A DNA stretch of 64,000 nucleotides from Chitinophagales bacterium (lineage in GTDB: Bacteria; Bacteroidota; Bacteroidia; Chitinophagales; JADIYW01): the NCBI GenBank assembly GCA_023957235.1, contig JAMLHI010000004.1:75422-139421 (forward strand), written 5' to 3'. Positions 42,001 to 50,306 of this stretch are shown here, piece after piece. The position numbers and the translations under genes were made by a program. The notes beneath the pieces are model-generated. The model saw only the letters and a list, made by a program, of their open reading frames with translations, made no database searches and was not told the DNA's origin. Positions within the stretch are counted from its first letter, which is position 1. Each line of letters opens with the position of its first letter.

Positions 42001-42059
42001 AAAGTTAAATGTAAAATGTGAAATGTTATCCATTTGAGTTGTAAAACACTGTTAAACAA
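38994..42059 (-). CDS. Large secreted protein of unknown function, paralog A (1021 aa)
   Basis: Probable true start at Met29 (about 41975; MRVLAIYFFIFFTFFSSIDFAKA signal). The helical region appears partly duplicated internally, and the C-terminal domain carries IVVHRGLS and LDGSCGG. I recognise no family. Confidence 0.8.
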   Translation of the reverse strand: MFNSVLQLKWITFHILHLTLPYTPYHALMRVLAIYFFIFFTFFSSIDFAKATTIESDIISNHIQRFKQDSIALSEDNFNYLNEIQEWVKSSSYQSDIYFQLLNRYLTYIQVSTFKKYNSTVYDDVFFQALAILKAGHDKSIDMKSWVYQLLPDYYSAVKILLPAEISEEATLQMSKERPQELIAQFSKLDYCLDAKDLVAAILNSPNTFSQFMHYNNLVKTELSKSTHPDIKILFEIYKKYRYSQHPYYLLPYISKNQMSIEQAEQLSNNESTLINNILPLVINPPLIASTAIQQKWNDITFKYIKKIKQFKNSAPENWQMESFATIKDSSRIQALFVMYKMLSPSELDAFIKWIFSSNQKTALSENFLNSIPLKEIYAFQERITHDHLEQTWGILCGGDTLKTYLQKRRAELSPKQLDSINASLNISSNSTIKTSLPKPKAPAYFIKTYYFNLSDQEKILIKWKDAPFFALEKISEWIDEPYSNELLQYISKIYPLEIIRNLDKIKLKKQGIDALKNIGRIAPLTTKNYIIQPTHPWNYLFKNSQDSVIKTLYKINETAGINTRAYLLLDDIYHHKLSILKADSICQNNSQLTTRIIHLLANPNVMGRYSLEETISVSALKFVRNLNISENTDNYFNEQLSTLSPEELYTYITYGEDEIIQSSFNKMLKELINKSPQKNIFPLLKSLGFNNYKKFLRKCAYYDVLDTIFNAFTSTEKSQIIEMLMGGLENLSENDAIQVADIFISLNSPSIVQMLHQQLKLEYERVESQKLDKGVAIYGILSTLISPKIEDGWAKYAAEKYILPAVDVLPVYSLFNQQLTNVQQYYFYNDEDGIGSYNNFIRSYERSHIEWSIKDLGTFVLIQSKTGKKIDIFANKAREGEKGISDMTEYMKKNALDPQIVVHRGLSTHTIKTFSRIPASAKLILDGSCGGYHVQQIAIDRAPGAQILCNRNVGTMYINDPLFKQINDDIRSGKDIVWSDFWNKMNQRVGSNPYFKDYIPPHKNAGAILIRALYDILEIK

Positions 42060-42223
42060 GGAGGATTTATCTTAAAAGATTTATAATTGGATGCCTTTCC
42101 TATTTATTGTCATCAAGAAAAATTTAAATGACTGTTTTGTTCAATTTTGATATAATAGGTTTAATATTTAGAATTTCCTTTACTTAGAATCTGCAAATTG
42201 TCTTCCTATATGAACATATAATA

Positions 42224-42256
42224 AAAAACCCTTATCGAAAGGATAAGGGTTTTTTT
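42224..42256. terminator. Bidirectional intrinsic terminator after rplI
   Basis: aaaaacccttatc gaaa ggataagggttttttt: a GC-containing stem flanked by an A-tract and a T-tract. It separates the ribosomal operon from the downstream paralog operon. Confidence 0.8.
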
Positions 42257-42276
42257 ATTGATGTGATTTTGTTGAA

Positions 42277-42723
42277 TTATTCAGCTATAACTTCAAATTC
42301 AAAATCAGCATTAATTTCTTTAAAGATATGTAGCGTAGCTTTATAAGTGCCTAAATCTTTAATTTCATTAGGAATAATAATTTTTTTACGTTCAACATCG
42401 ATTCCCAATTCACTTTTAATAGCATCAGCTAATTGTACATTAGTCACACTACCAAACAATTTGCCAGTAGTACCTGCTTTTGCACCGATAGAGAATTTTG
42501 TTCCTGCTATTTTTTCAGCAAGAGCCTTGTAATCTTCTAATTGTTTAGCGATTTTGTTGACTTGTTGACGCTTGATTTCTTCTAAATGCTTTTTATTTGA
42601 AGCATTAGCAATTTTAGCCAAACCTTTTGGAATTAAAAAGTTGCGACCATATCCAGGTTTTACCTTCACAAGGTCATATTTTAGACCTAAATTTTCAACA
42701 TCTTGCAATAATATGATTTCCAT
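42277..42723 (-). CDS. rplI: 50S ribosomal protein L9
   Basis: MEIILLQDVENLGLKYDLVKVKPGYGRNFLIP is the canonical L9 N-terminus. It is the last gene of rpsF-rpsR-rplI. Confidence 0.97.
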   Translation of the reverse strand: MEIILLQDVENLGLKYDLVKVKPGYGRNFLIPKGLAKIANASNKKHLEEIKRQQVNKIAKQLEDYKALAEKIAGTKFSIGAKAGTTGKLFGSVTNVQLADAIKSELGIDVERKKIIIPNEIKDLGTYKATLHIFKEINADFEFEVIAE

Positions 42724-42729
42724 AAGATT

Positions 42730-42996
42730 TTACTTTAAAAGGTCAGCAACATAAGGTAAGATAGCCAAGTGGCGAGCACGCTTGATAGCGGTTGCAATTC
42801 TTCTCTGAAATTTCAAAGAGTTACCAGTGATTCTACGTGGAAGAATTTTACCTTGCTCATTGATAAATTTTAATAAGAATTCAGGATCCTTAAAGTCAAT
42901 ATAACGGATACCTGTTCTTTTAAAACGACAGTATTTTTTTCTATTTTGACCAATTTTTGGTGCATTTAAGAATTTGATTGATTTGTCAGCAGCCAT
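42730..42996 (-). CDS. rpsR: 30S ribosomal protein S18
   Basis: [27 protein letters not shown]...[19 protein letters not shown]. Confidence 0.97.
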   Translation of the reverse strand: MAADKSIKFLNAPKIGQNRKKYCRFKRTGIRYIDFKDPEFLLKFINEQGKILPRRITGNSLKFQRRIATAIKRARHLAILPYVADLLK

Positions 42997-42998
42997 GA

Positions 42999-43352
42999 TT
43001 ATCCCTCCGTTTTTTCAAATTTTTTAGATAATTTCTCCTTTCTTTGTTGAGCATATTTCACTGCATATTTGTCTAATTTTACAGTAAGGAAACGCATGAT
43101 GTTCTCATCGCGTTTAAACTCAATTTCCAATCGACGAATCAATTGTGGATCAATTTTGAATTCAATCAAGGTGTAAAATCCAGTAGTTTTCTTTTGGATA
43201 GGATAAGCCAATTGTTTGATTCCCCAATCCTCTTTACTCACTAACTCTCCACCGTTCTTTTCTAAGAAGTCTAAGTACTTCTTTACGGTTCTTGTGTACT
43301 CGTCAGAGCTAAGTACGGGCGTTGTAATAAAAACCGCTTCGTAATGGTTCAT
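42999..43352 (-). CDS. rpsF: 30S ribosomal protein S6
   Basis: MNHYEAVFI...[15 protein letters not shown]...Y is the S6 signature. It is the first gene of the S6-S18-L9 operon. Confidence 0.95.
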   Translation of the reverse strand: MNHYEAVFITTPVLSSDEYTRTVKKYLDFLEKNGGELVSKEDWGIKQLAYPIQKKTTGFYTLIEFKIDPQLIRRLEIEFKRDENIMRFLTVKLDKYAVKYAQQRKEKLSKKFEKTEG

Positions 43353-43375
43353 AATAAATAAATTAATTTAGGTCG

Positions 43376-43383
43376 CAAAGGTA
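43376..43383 (-). promoter_or_regulatory. -7 promoter box TACCTTTG (extended TACCTTTGCGAC) for rpsF operon
   Basis: The reverse complement of caaaggta matches TAnnTTTG and lies 24 nt upstream of the rpsF ATG. Confidence 0.5.
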
Positions 43384-43813
43384 CGCTTTTTACTGGATTT
43401 TACAAGTTTTTTAATTTTTTTTAAATTTTGATTTGTTATTGATTTGTTAAGGAAGTGTATTCTTACTTGTGATATCTCATATTTTTTTTGAATATTGTTC
43501 TTTTTTTATAACTTGGATATAGCTATATGGATGATGTATGCTACATTTAATTTTTTAAATGATTTTAAAATAGATATGTATTAAAATTATTTATAACAAA
43601 TTTGTTTTAGAATTTTTGATATATAGAATGTATAGCATATTTTAACATTTATTTTAAAATTATCTAATAATTATTCATTATAAATCACTTATGGTTTTGC
43701 TAAAAGTTAATTTGATGTTTATATAATTGGTAATTATTTTTATTTTAGAATGTGCTGCTATTTGTTTTTATTAATTTATAGAGTATATTTAATTAAAGTT
43801 TGTATATCAATAA

Positions 43814-44008
43814 TTGAGTTTTATGATGAACGTAGAAAAGGTAAAGAAAATGCTGCTAGACGATAGTCTTACATTGAGTGATATTGCTAAGAAGTTGAAT
43901 TATGATAGTCTTCAAGTATTGTCTTCAGAATTTAAAAAAGCGACTGGGATGACTCCGTCACGATTTAAAAGATTGAATGATGAGCCTGTGAAGGATAGCA
44001 AAAAGTAG
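43814..44008 (+). pseudogene. AraC-family fragment encoding only the second helix-turn-helix
   Basis: LTLSDIAKKLNYDSLQVLSSEFKKATGMTPSRFKRL matches the C-terminal HTH of AraC/XylS regulators. An in-frame stop lies immediately upstream (43811-43813), and there is no sensor domain or first HTH. Confidence 0.45.
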
Positions 44009-44173
44009 TAGCAATATTTTCAGTAATTATCTGTTTTTTGAATAGTCTTTTGACTATTATAACATCCTTTTATATACATTGAAAAATATTCAACATTGGA
44101 ATATGAATCATTCTTCAACAAGCCTCATTGGTTGTTAGGTTTGTTTTTTAGGGAATGTTTTTGTGGTGAATTT

Positions 44174-44650
44174 TTAAATGCTCATCATTTTTAGCAGAGT
44201 CACAGCTGCTTCTACACCTTTATTTCCATGTTTTCCTCCAGCTCTGTCAAGTGCTTGTTGTTCTGTGTTTGGAGTCAATACACCAAAAATGAATGGAATA
44301 TCAAAATGTAAGTTGAGATTTTGGAGCGCCTGAGCTACTGAATGATTAATATATTCATCGTGCTTGGTTTCTCCCTTTATAACGCAACCAATACAAATTA
44401 CACCAGAAAGATGATGTTCTTTTGCTATTTTTTTGGCTGCAAATGGCAATTCAAATGTGCCTGGTACAATGCTAATGACGATATTGTCTAAACCTACCCC
44501 ATGTTGCAATAATGTATCTTTACAACCATTGAGTAATTCAAATGTAATGTGCTGATTCCATTCTGCTATGACTATACCGACATTCTTACCTTTTCCACTA
44601 GGAACTGCATTAATGACGTAGTCTGATAGGTTTTTTAATGATGAAGCCAT
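44174..44650 (-). CDS. ribH: 6,7-dimethyl-8-ribityllumazine synthase
   Basis: VPGTFELPFAAKK, GCVIKGETKHDEYI and ALDRAGGKHGNKG. Length is 158 aa. Confidence 0.95.
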   Translation of the reverse strand: MASSLKNLSDYVINAVPSGKGKNVGIVIAEWNQHITFELLNGCKDTLLQHGVGLDNIVISIVPGTFELPFAAKKIAKEHHLSGVICIGCVIKGETKHDEYINHSVAQALQNLNLHFDIPFIFGVLTPNTEQQALDRAGGKHGNKGVEAAVTLLKMMSI

Positions 44651-44651
44651 A

Positions 44652-45332
44652 TTAATTACTAGCGTTCAATTGAGCTAATTCTCTTTCTGCTGTTGAGCCT
44701 TCTATTGATGTAGGAAAATTGTCAATAAGCGTTTGAAATGTTTTAGCAGCTTCTACTGTCTTTTTGTTAATGATTTGAACTTTTGCCAATTTATACAAAT
44801 AGAAAGGAGCAGAAATTTCATTTTCTTTATCTGCATCTACTGCTTTTTGGTAATTTTCTTCAGCAGATTTCATGTCTTTTAATTCCGCTTTTGCATCTCC
44901 TATACATCCGTATTTTCTTGAATTTAAAAGAGCATCATCTGTACTAAAGCTTTCTAAATACTTGATAGCTTCTTCGTAGCTTCCTACATGCAAAGCTGAT
45001 ATACCTGCATATAATTTAGCTCCATTCCCAGCTTTTGTGCTACTGTATTTATTGATGATATCTTTAAATCCTAATGCAACACCATCTCCATTAAGTGCCA
45101 AATTAAATGAATCTTTTTCAAAATACTGCTGAGCTCTAATCATTTGTGTCTGAGCTTTATTTTCTTTAGGAGTAGAAATCAATTGTTTATAGCCATATCC
45201 TAATATTACTAAAACCAATATTGCAATAGTTGATCCTGCAATAATTTTGCTATTCCTTTCAAGAAAATTTCTTGTTTTTGCTTCTACAATTTGTTCAGCT
45301 TCATAAAATTTATCAGTCTCCTTTTTAGCCAT
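44652..45332 (-). CDS. Membrane-anchored TPR-like protein (YfgM-like)
   Basis: A single N-terminal TM helix (IIAGSTIAILVLVILGY) followed by TPR-like helices. It lies 1 nt upstream of ribH. Confidence 0.65.
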   Translation of the reverse strand: MAKKETDKFYEAEQIVEAKTRNFLERNSKIIAGSTIAILVLVILGYGYKQLISTPKENKAQTQMIRAQQYFEKDSFNLALNGDGVALGFKDIINKYSSTKAGNGAKLYAGISALHVGSYEEAIKYLESFSTDDALLNSRKYGCIGDAKAELKDMKSAEENYQKAVDADKENEISAPFYLYKLAKVQIINKKTVEAAKTFQTLIDNFPTSIEGSTAERELAQLNASN

Positions 45333-45359
45333 GGAAGATTAGTTTTATAGTTTATGGCG

Positions 45360-45367
45360 CAAAGGTA
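45360..45367 (-). promoter_or_regulatory. -7 promoter box TACCTTTG (extended TACCTTTGCGCC) for the TPR-ribH operon
   Basis: The reverse complement of caaaggta lies 28 nt upstream of the ATG at 45332. Confidence 0.5.
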
Positions 45368-45417
45368 TAATTTTCATTGTGTTTTTTATATACTTCTTTC
45401 AACTCAAATAACATCTT

Positions 45418-45425
45418 TATCTTTG
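45418..45425 (+). promoter_or_regulatory. -7 promoter box TATCTTTG upstream of recF
   Basis: Exact TAnnTTTG match only 4 nt before the listed GTG start. This implies either a nearly leaderless mRNA or a slightly later start, for example the in-frame TTG at 45442. Confidence 0.35.
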
Positions 45426-45429
45426 TATT

Positions 45430-46551
45430 GTGGAAAATGGATTGTTTATTGAACAATTGTTACTGAGAGATTTTAAAAATTATACTCAATTGGAGTTGAA
45501 TTTTAATCATCCTTTGGTGGCTTTTGTGGGTAAAAATGGTGTTGGTAAAACAAATATTCTCGATGCTATTTATTATGTATGTACTACTAAAAGTTATTTG
45601 AATTCAAGTGAACAGTTTAATTTCAGACATGATTGCCAGGGTATGTATTTACAAGCTTCTGTTCAATTGGCAGATAGACATTATAAGGTGGCGATGAAAA
45701 TTGTCAAAGGAAGAAAGAAAGAAATCCTATTGAATCAAGTTAAAGAAGAAAAATTAATCGAATATGTTGGAAAATTTCCAGTAGTAATGATAGCACCTTA
45801 TGACAACTTGATTATTTTGGGCAATAGTGATGAAAGAAGAAAGTTAATTGATAATATTTTATGTCAATCTGACCTTAATTACCTAGAAGAATTATTGCAA
45901 TACAATAAAATTTTAGCCAATAGAAATGCACTTTTGAAGCAGATGGCAGACCAGCCTAATTTATCTTCTGATTTATTAGATACTTTAGATGCAATGCTGT
46001 CAAATGTTTCTGAACCTATTTATTTGAAAAGAAAATCTTTTGTCGAAAAATTTTCTGTTGAATTGGAGAGAATGTATCATCAAATCAGTCAACAGAATGA
46101 AAATATTGCAATCTCTTACAAATCTCAATTGCATGAGAAGCCACTTTCTCAGTTGCTATCTTCTCATAGAAGGAAAGATTTGCTGTTACAAAGAACGACA
46201 GTTGGCCTACACTTAGACGATTTGGATTTTTCATTAGATGGACATCCACTAAAAAAGGTGGGTTCGCAAGGTCAACATAAAACTTACGTCGTGGCTATGA
46301 AATTGGCTTTGTATGCTCTATTAAGTGATAGAAAAAAAGTATCACCTATTTTATTATTAGATGATATCTTTGAGAAATTTGATGAAAATAGAGTTGAGCA
46401 ACTTTTTAAAGTCTTGAATGAGTATCATTATGGACAAGTGTTTATAACAGATACCCATGAAGAAAGGGTAAAAAAGATGCTTCTACATGTTGGAAAACCT
46501 TTTGAAATATATAAATTAGATAAAAATCATGTCAAAAAGGAAAGAAGCTGA
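45430..46551 (+). CDS. recF: DNA replication and repair protein RecF
   Basis: LRDFKNY, Walker A GKNGVGKTNILDAI, an SMC-like signature (LKKVGSQGQHKT) and Walker B ILLLDDIFEKFD. Confidence 0.93.
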   Translation: MENGLFIEQLLLRDFKNYTQLELNFNHPLVAFVGKNGVGKTNILDAIYYVCTTKSYLNSSEQFNFRHDCQGMYLQASVQLADRHYKVAMKIVKGRKKEILLNQVKEEKLIEYVGKFPVVMIAPYDNLIILGNSDERRKLIDNILCQSDLNYLEELLQYNKILANRNALLKQMADQPNLSSDLLDTLDAMLSNVSEPIYLKRKSFVEKFSVELERMYHQISQQNENIAISYKSQLHEKPLSQLLSSHRRKDLLLQRTTVGLHLDDLDFSLDGHPLKKVGSQGQHKTYVVAMKLALYALLSDRKKVSPILLLDDIFEKFDENRVEQLFKVLNEYHYGQVFITDTHEERVKKMLLHVGKPFEIYKLDKNHVKKERS

Positions 46552-46843
46552 TATCAGGTATAGTAAGAATATCTCTCTTATGGATGCACTCAATTTGTTT
46601 GTAAAAGAAAACCATTTGGATAAAAAGCTGGAGTCTGTTAAGGTTTCTGAGGTTTTTGTCAATTCAATACCTTCTTCTTCGAGAAAATATATTAAAAAGG
46701 TAGATTTTAGCAATGGCATACTAAGAGCACAGATAGAAAGTGCATCTTTGAGGCAGAATCTTCAAATGGCTTCATCTTCACTTTGTGAATTGATGAATGA
46801 AAAACTAGGAATGAACATTGTACAGAAAATTTTGTTATCATAG
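46529..46843 (+). CDS. DUF721-domain protein (recF-associated)
   Basis: A 104-aa ORF overlapping the recF 3' end by 23 nt, the usual position of DUF721 genes. Confidence 0.65.
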   Translation: MSKRKEADIRYSKNISLMDALNLFVKENHLDKKLESVKVSEVFVNSIPSSSRKYIKKVDFSNGILRAQIESASLRQNLQMASSSLCELMNEKLGMNIVQKILLS

Positions 46844-46878
46844 AATATATAAAAAATTATTTTAAACTCAAATAAATT

Positions 46879-47199
46879 ATGGCATTTACAATCACAAATG
46901 ACAATTTCCAATCAGAAGTGTTGGATAGTAAAAAAGTGGCAATGGTTGATTTTTGGGCAGAGTGGTGTGGCCCTTGTAGAATGGTAGGACCAATCGTCGA
47001 AGAACTTTCAAATGAATATGAAGGTAAAGCATTAGTAGGAAAATGTGATGTGGATGAGTATGGCGATGTAGCAGCTCAATTCGGTATTCGCAGTATTCCT
47101 ACAATTCTATTTTTCAAAAATGGCGAACTAGTAGATAGAGTAGTAGGAGCTGTTCCTAAAGCTCAGTTGAAAGGGAAATTAGATGGTCTTTTGGCTTAA
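46879..47199 (+). CDS. trxA: Thioredoxin
   Basis: WAEWCGPCR active site. Length is 106 aa. Confidence 0.97.
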   Translation: MAFTITNDNFQSEVLDSKKVAMVDFWAEWCGPCRMVGPIVEELSNEYEGKALVGKCDVDEYGDVAAQFGIRSIPTILFFKNGELVDRVVGAVPKAQLKGKLDGLLA

Positions 47200-47221
47200 A
47201 AATAACTTATCATCTAACATG

Positions 47222-47258
47222 AAAGGGTTGTCTTGGATAAAGCAACCCTTTCTTTATT
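47222..47258 (+). terminator. Intrinsic terminator after trxA
   Basis: aaagggttg / caacccttt stem followed by ctttatt. Confidence 0.7.
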
Positions 47259-47421
47259 ATCTTACTATTAGAATCATCAGTGTCCGATAAAAATACGATT
47301 TTATTAATTTGACCTCTGAAGGCCTTGATTTGCATGAAATAGCCATCAAATTTCAGTGAAAGAAAGAAAATGTTTTGCAATGCATGAAGTATCTTCCTTT
47401 GGAAAATATTTAGCAAATCTA

Positions 47422-48372
47422 TTATCTACCTTTTTCCTTTATCCTGTCGTAATTCTTTAAAAAGTCTTGATAGACGCTTTTCAGCCCATCAGAAAGATGG
47501 ATTTGATGTTTCCAGCCGCTATTGTGAATTTTTGTACAATCAGTCACTTTTCTTGGAGTGCCATCAGGTTTACTACTGTCAAATATCAATTGACCTTCAA
47601 ATCCTACGGTATCTTTTATCAATAGTGCTAGTTCTTTGATGGTAACATCACTGCCTGTTCCAATATTTAAAAATTCAATATCAGAATAATTTTCCATTAA
47701 AAAGATACAAGCGGCTGCCAAATCATCAACATGCAAAAACTCACGCATAGGAGAGCCTGTTCCCCATATTACCACTTCATTTTCTCTATTGATTTTTGCT
47801 TCGTGAAATTTGCGGATTAAGGCAGGCAATACATGAGAATTATTCAAGTCATAATTATCATTGGGTCCATAAAGATTTGTTGGCATAGCAGAAATAAAAT
47901 CTGCTCCATACTGACGACGATAGGATTCACATAGTTTGATGCCTGCAATTTTTGCAATAGCATAAGGTTCATTTGTTTCTTCTAAATATCCTGATAAAAG
48001 ATATTCTTCTTTTAAGGGCTGAGGAGCCATTTTGGGATAGATGCAAGTGCTTCCAAGGAATAATAATTTTTTTACACCAGTTTCAAATGCACTATGGATA
48101 GCATTGCACTCAATCATCAAATTTTGGTATAGAAAATCAGCACGATAGACATTGTTGGCATGAATTCCTCCTACTTTAGCTGCTGCAATAAATGCATAAT
48201 CGGGTTTTTCTCTATCAAAAAATGCTTTGGTTTCAGCTTGATTGACTAGGTTTAATTCAGAAGAAGAAGCTGTTATAATATGATGATACCCTTCTTTTTT
48301 TAAAAGTCTTACTATTGCTGAACCTACCATTCCATTGTGTCCGGCAACGTATATCTTAGCATTTTTTTCCAT
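47422..48372 (-). CDS. fcl: GDP-L-fucose synthase
   Basis: [13 protein letters not shown] Rossmann motif and the YAIAK catalytic motif. Length is 316 aa, downstream of gmd. Confidence 0.93.
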   Translation of the reverse strand: MEKNAKIYVAGHNGMVGSAIVRLLKKEGYHHIITASSSELNLVNQAETKAFFDREKPDYAFIAAAKVGGIHANNVYRADFLYQNLMIECNAIHSAFETGVKKLLFLGSTCIYPKMAPQPLKEEYLLSGYLEETNEPYAIAKIAGIKLCESYRRQYGADFISAMPTNLYGPNDNYDLNNSHVLPALIRKFHEAKINRENEVVIWGTGSPMREFLHVDDLAAACIFLMENYSDIEFLNIGTGSDVTIKELALLIKDTVGFEGQLIFDSSKPDGTPRKVTDCTKIHNSGWKHQIHLSDGLKSVYQDFLKNYDRIKEKGR

Positions 48373-48474
48373 TGGATTTTCGAAACAATTAAAAAATGTC
48401 TTTTACAAATAGCAATTAATTGATTGATATTCAATTGCAATAGTAAATAGACATATTTTTTTGATAAAAAAATA

Positions 48475-49587
48475 TTATTCGTGATAGTTGAAAATTTGAT
48501 GTCCGCCTTCCAATAGATATTTGTCTTTTTCAAATAATTGGATATCAGATTGCATCATGTCATCTACTAGGGCTTTTAAGTCATATTTTGGATTCCATCC
48601 TAGTTTAGTTTTAGACTTAGTAGGGTCACCAATGAGCAAATCCACTTCTGTAGGTCTGAAATATCTAGGGTCAACAGCGACAACTTCTTTGCCAATTTCA
48701 ACTTGATATTTAGGGTTGTTACATGCAGTAATATATCCTTTCTCATCAATACCTTCTCCTTTAAAAGATATCTCAATTCCTAAATAGCTGAAAGCCATTT
48801 TGACAAACTCGCGCACCTCAGTAGTTTTTCCAGTGGCAATTACATAATCATCAGGAGCATCTTGTTGCAATATCAGATACATTGCTTCGACATAATCCTT
48901 TGCATGACCCCAGTCACGTTTAGCATTGAGATTTCCTAAATACAGATTTTCTTGAAGACCCAATGCTATTCTAGAAACAGCACGGGTGATTTTCCTAGTG
49001 ACAAAAGTTTCTCCTCTTAGTGGTGATTCGTGGTTGAAAAGAATACCATTGCAAGCATAGATTCCATAAGCCTCACGATAGTTGACAGTAATCCAGTAAG
49101 CATACATTTTAGCAACAGCGTATGGAGATCTAGGATAAAAAGGCGTTTTTTCAGACTGAGGAATTTCTTGCACTTTACCATAAAGTTCTGAAGTAGAAGC
49201 TTGATAAAGTTTGGTTTTATTGGTTAATCCCAATAAACGAATCGCCTCTAATAATCTCAATGAGCCGACCGCATCCACATTGGCAGTGTACTCCGGAGTG
49301 TCAAAACTCACTTTTACATGCGACATAGCTCCTAGATTATAAATTTCATCAGGTTGGATGTCTTGAATGATACGAATTAAGTTGGTCGAATCAGACAAAT
49401 CGCCATAATGTAATTTGAAATTGATATTTTCGGTGTGAGGGTCTTGATATAAATGATCTATCCTGTCAGTATTGAACAAAGAGCTTCTTCTTTTAATTCC
49501 ATGCACTTCATATCCCTTACTTAATAGCAGTTCTGCCAAATAAGCACCGTCTTGACCAGTAATTCCAGTGATTAAAGCTTTTTTCAT
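48475..49587 (-). CDS. gmd: GDP-mannose 4,6-dehydratase
   Basis: [26 protein letters not shown], and [17 protein letters not shown]. Confidence 0.96.
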   Translation of the reverse strand: MKKALITGITGQDGAYLAELLLSKGYEVHGIKRRSSLFNTDRIDHLYQDPHTENINFKLHYGDLSDSTNLIRIIQDIQPDEIYNLGAMSHVKVSFDTPEYTANVDAVGSLRLLEAIRLLGLTNKTKLYQASTSELYGKVQEIPQSEKTPFYPRSPYAVAKMYAYWITVNYREAYGIYACNGILFNHESPLRGETFVTRKITRAVSRIALGLQENLYLGNLNAKRDWGHAKDYVEAMYLILQQDAPDDYVIATGKTTEVREFVKMAFSYLGIEISFKGEGIDEKGYITACNNPKYQVEIGKEVVAVDPRYFRPTEVDLLIGDPTKSKTKLGWNPKYDLKALVDDMMQSDIQLFEKDKYLLEGGHQIFNYHE

Positions 49588-49656
49588 TTATTTTTTAAAA
49601 ATTAAACCGTGAAAATACGTTATTTTTCTCTTTTTTTACTATTTGAATTGAATTAT

Positions 49657-50241
49657 ATGATTCGGAAAATCAATATTGCTGTTTTTATATCTGGAGCAGG
49701 CTCTAATGCTAGAAATATCATAGCATATTTTAGGGATAATGATAAGGTAGAAGTGTCTTTGATACTGAGTAATAAATCTGATTCGGGCGCATCACAAATT
49801 TCTCAAGACACGGGTGTCCCTTATTATATTTTTGACAGAACGGAATTTTATGATTCAGAAAAAGTCTTAGATGTATTAAAGAGTCAAAATGTTCAGATGA
49901 TAATTTTAGCTGGATTTTTATGGCTGATTCCTGAATATTTACTCAAATTTTTTCCTAATAGAATTATAAATATCCACCCTTCACTATTACCTAAATATGG
50001 AGGAAAAGGGATGTATGGCATGAAAGTACATAAGGCTGTAAAAGATTCAGGTGATAAGTTGAGTGGGATAACTATTCATCTTGTCAACGAAGAATATGAT
50101 AAAGGTCAGATTTTGTTGCAGAAAACTGTTGACTTGTCACCAGAAGATACTCCCGAACAAATAGCCCATAAAATCCATGATTTGGAATATGCCCATTTCC
50201 CTCATACGATAGAAAAGTATCTCAATTCACATTTTCAATAG
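49657..50241 (+). CDS. purN: Phosphoribosylglycinamide formyltransferase
   Basis: INIAVFISGAGSNARNI and NIHPSLLPKYGGKGMYG. I take the start at ATG 49657; the raw ORF starts at GTG 49609, only 21 nt from gmd. Confidence 0.9.
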   Translation: MIRKINIAVFISGAGSNARNIIAYFRDNDKVEVSLILSNKSDSGASQISQDTGVPYYIFDRTEFYDSEKVLDVLKSQNVQMIILAGFLWLIPEYLLKFFPNRIINIHPSLLPKYGGKGMYGMKVHKAVKDSGDKLSGITIHLVNEEYDKGQILLQKTVDLSPEDTPEQIAHKIHDLEYAHFPHTIEKYLNSHFQ

Positions 50242-50306
50242 CAGTTTTGGAAAAGTAGTTGATTGTCTATGTATTTTGAACTCAAATTCCAAAATATTTT
50301 CATCGT

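Noticed and set aside
47210-47416. A 68-aa minus-strand ORF between trxA and fcl.
   Set aside because: It overlaps the trxA terminator hairpin, has no recognisable motif and has odd composition. The region is more simply the convergent 3' UTR and terminator space.
48395-48450. A cluster of short palindromes (caattaattg, attgcaat, caattg) in the gmd-fcl spacer.
   Set aside because: These are short A/T-rich palindromes of a kind expected by chance in this composition, with no paired half-sites at regulator-like spacing.
48324-48533. A 69-aa ORF spanning the fcl start, the gmd-fcl spacer and the gmd 3' end.
   Set aside because: It overlaps two confident genes on the same strand in other frames and shows no family signal.
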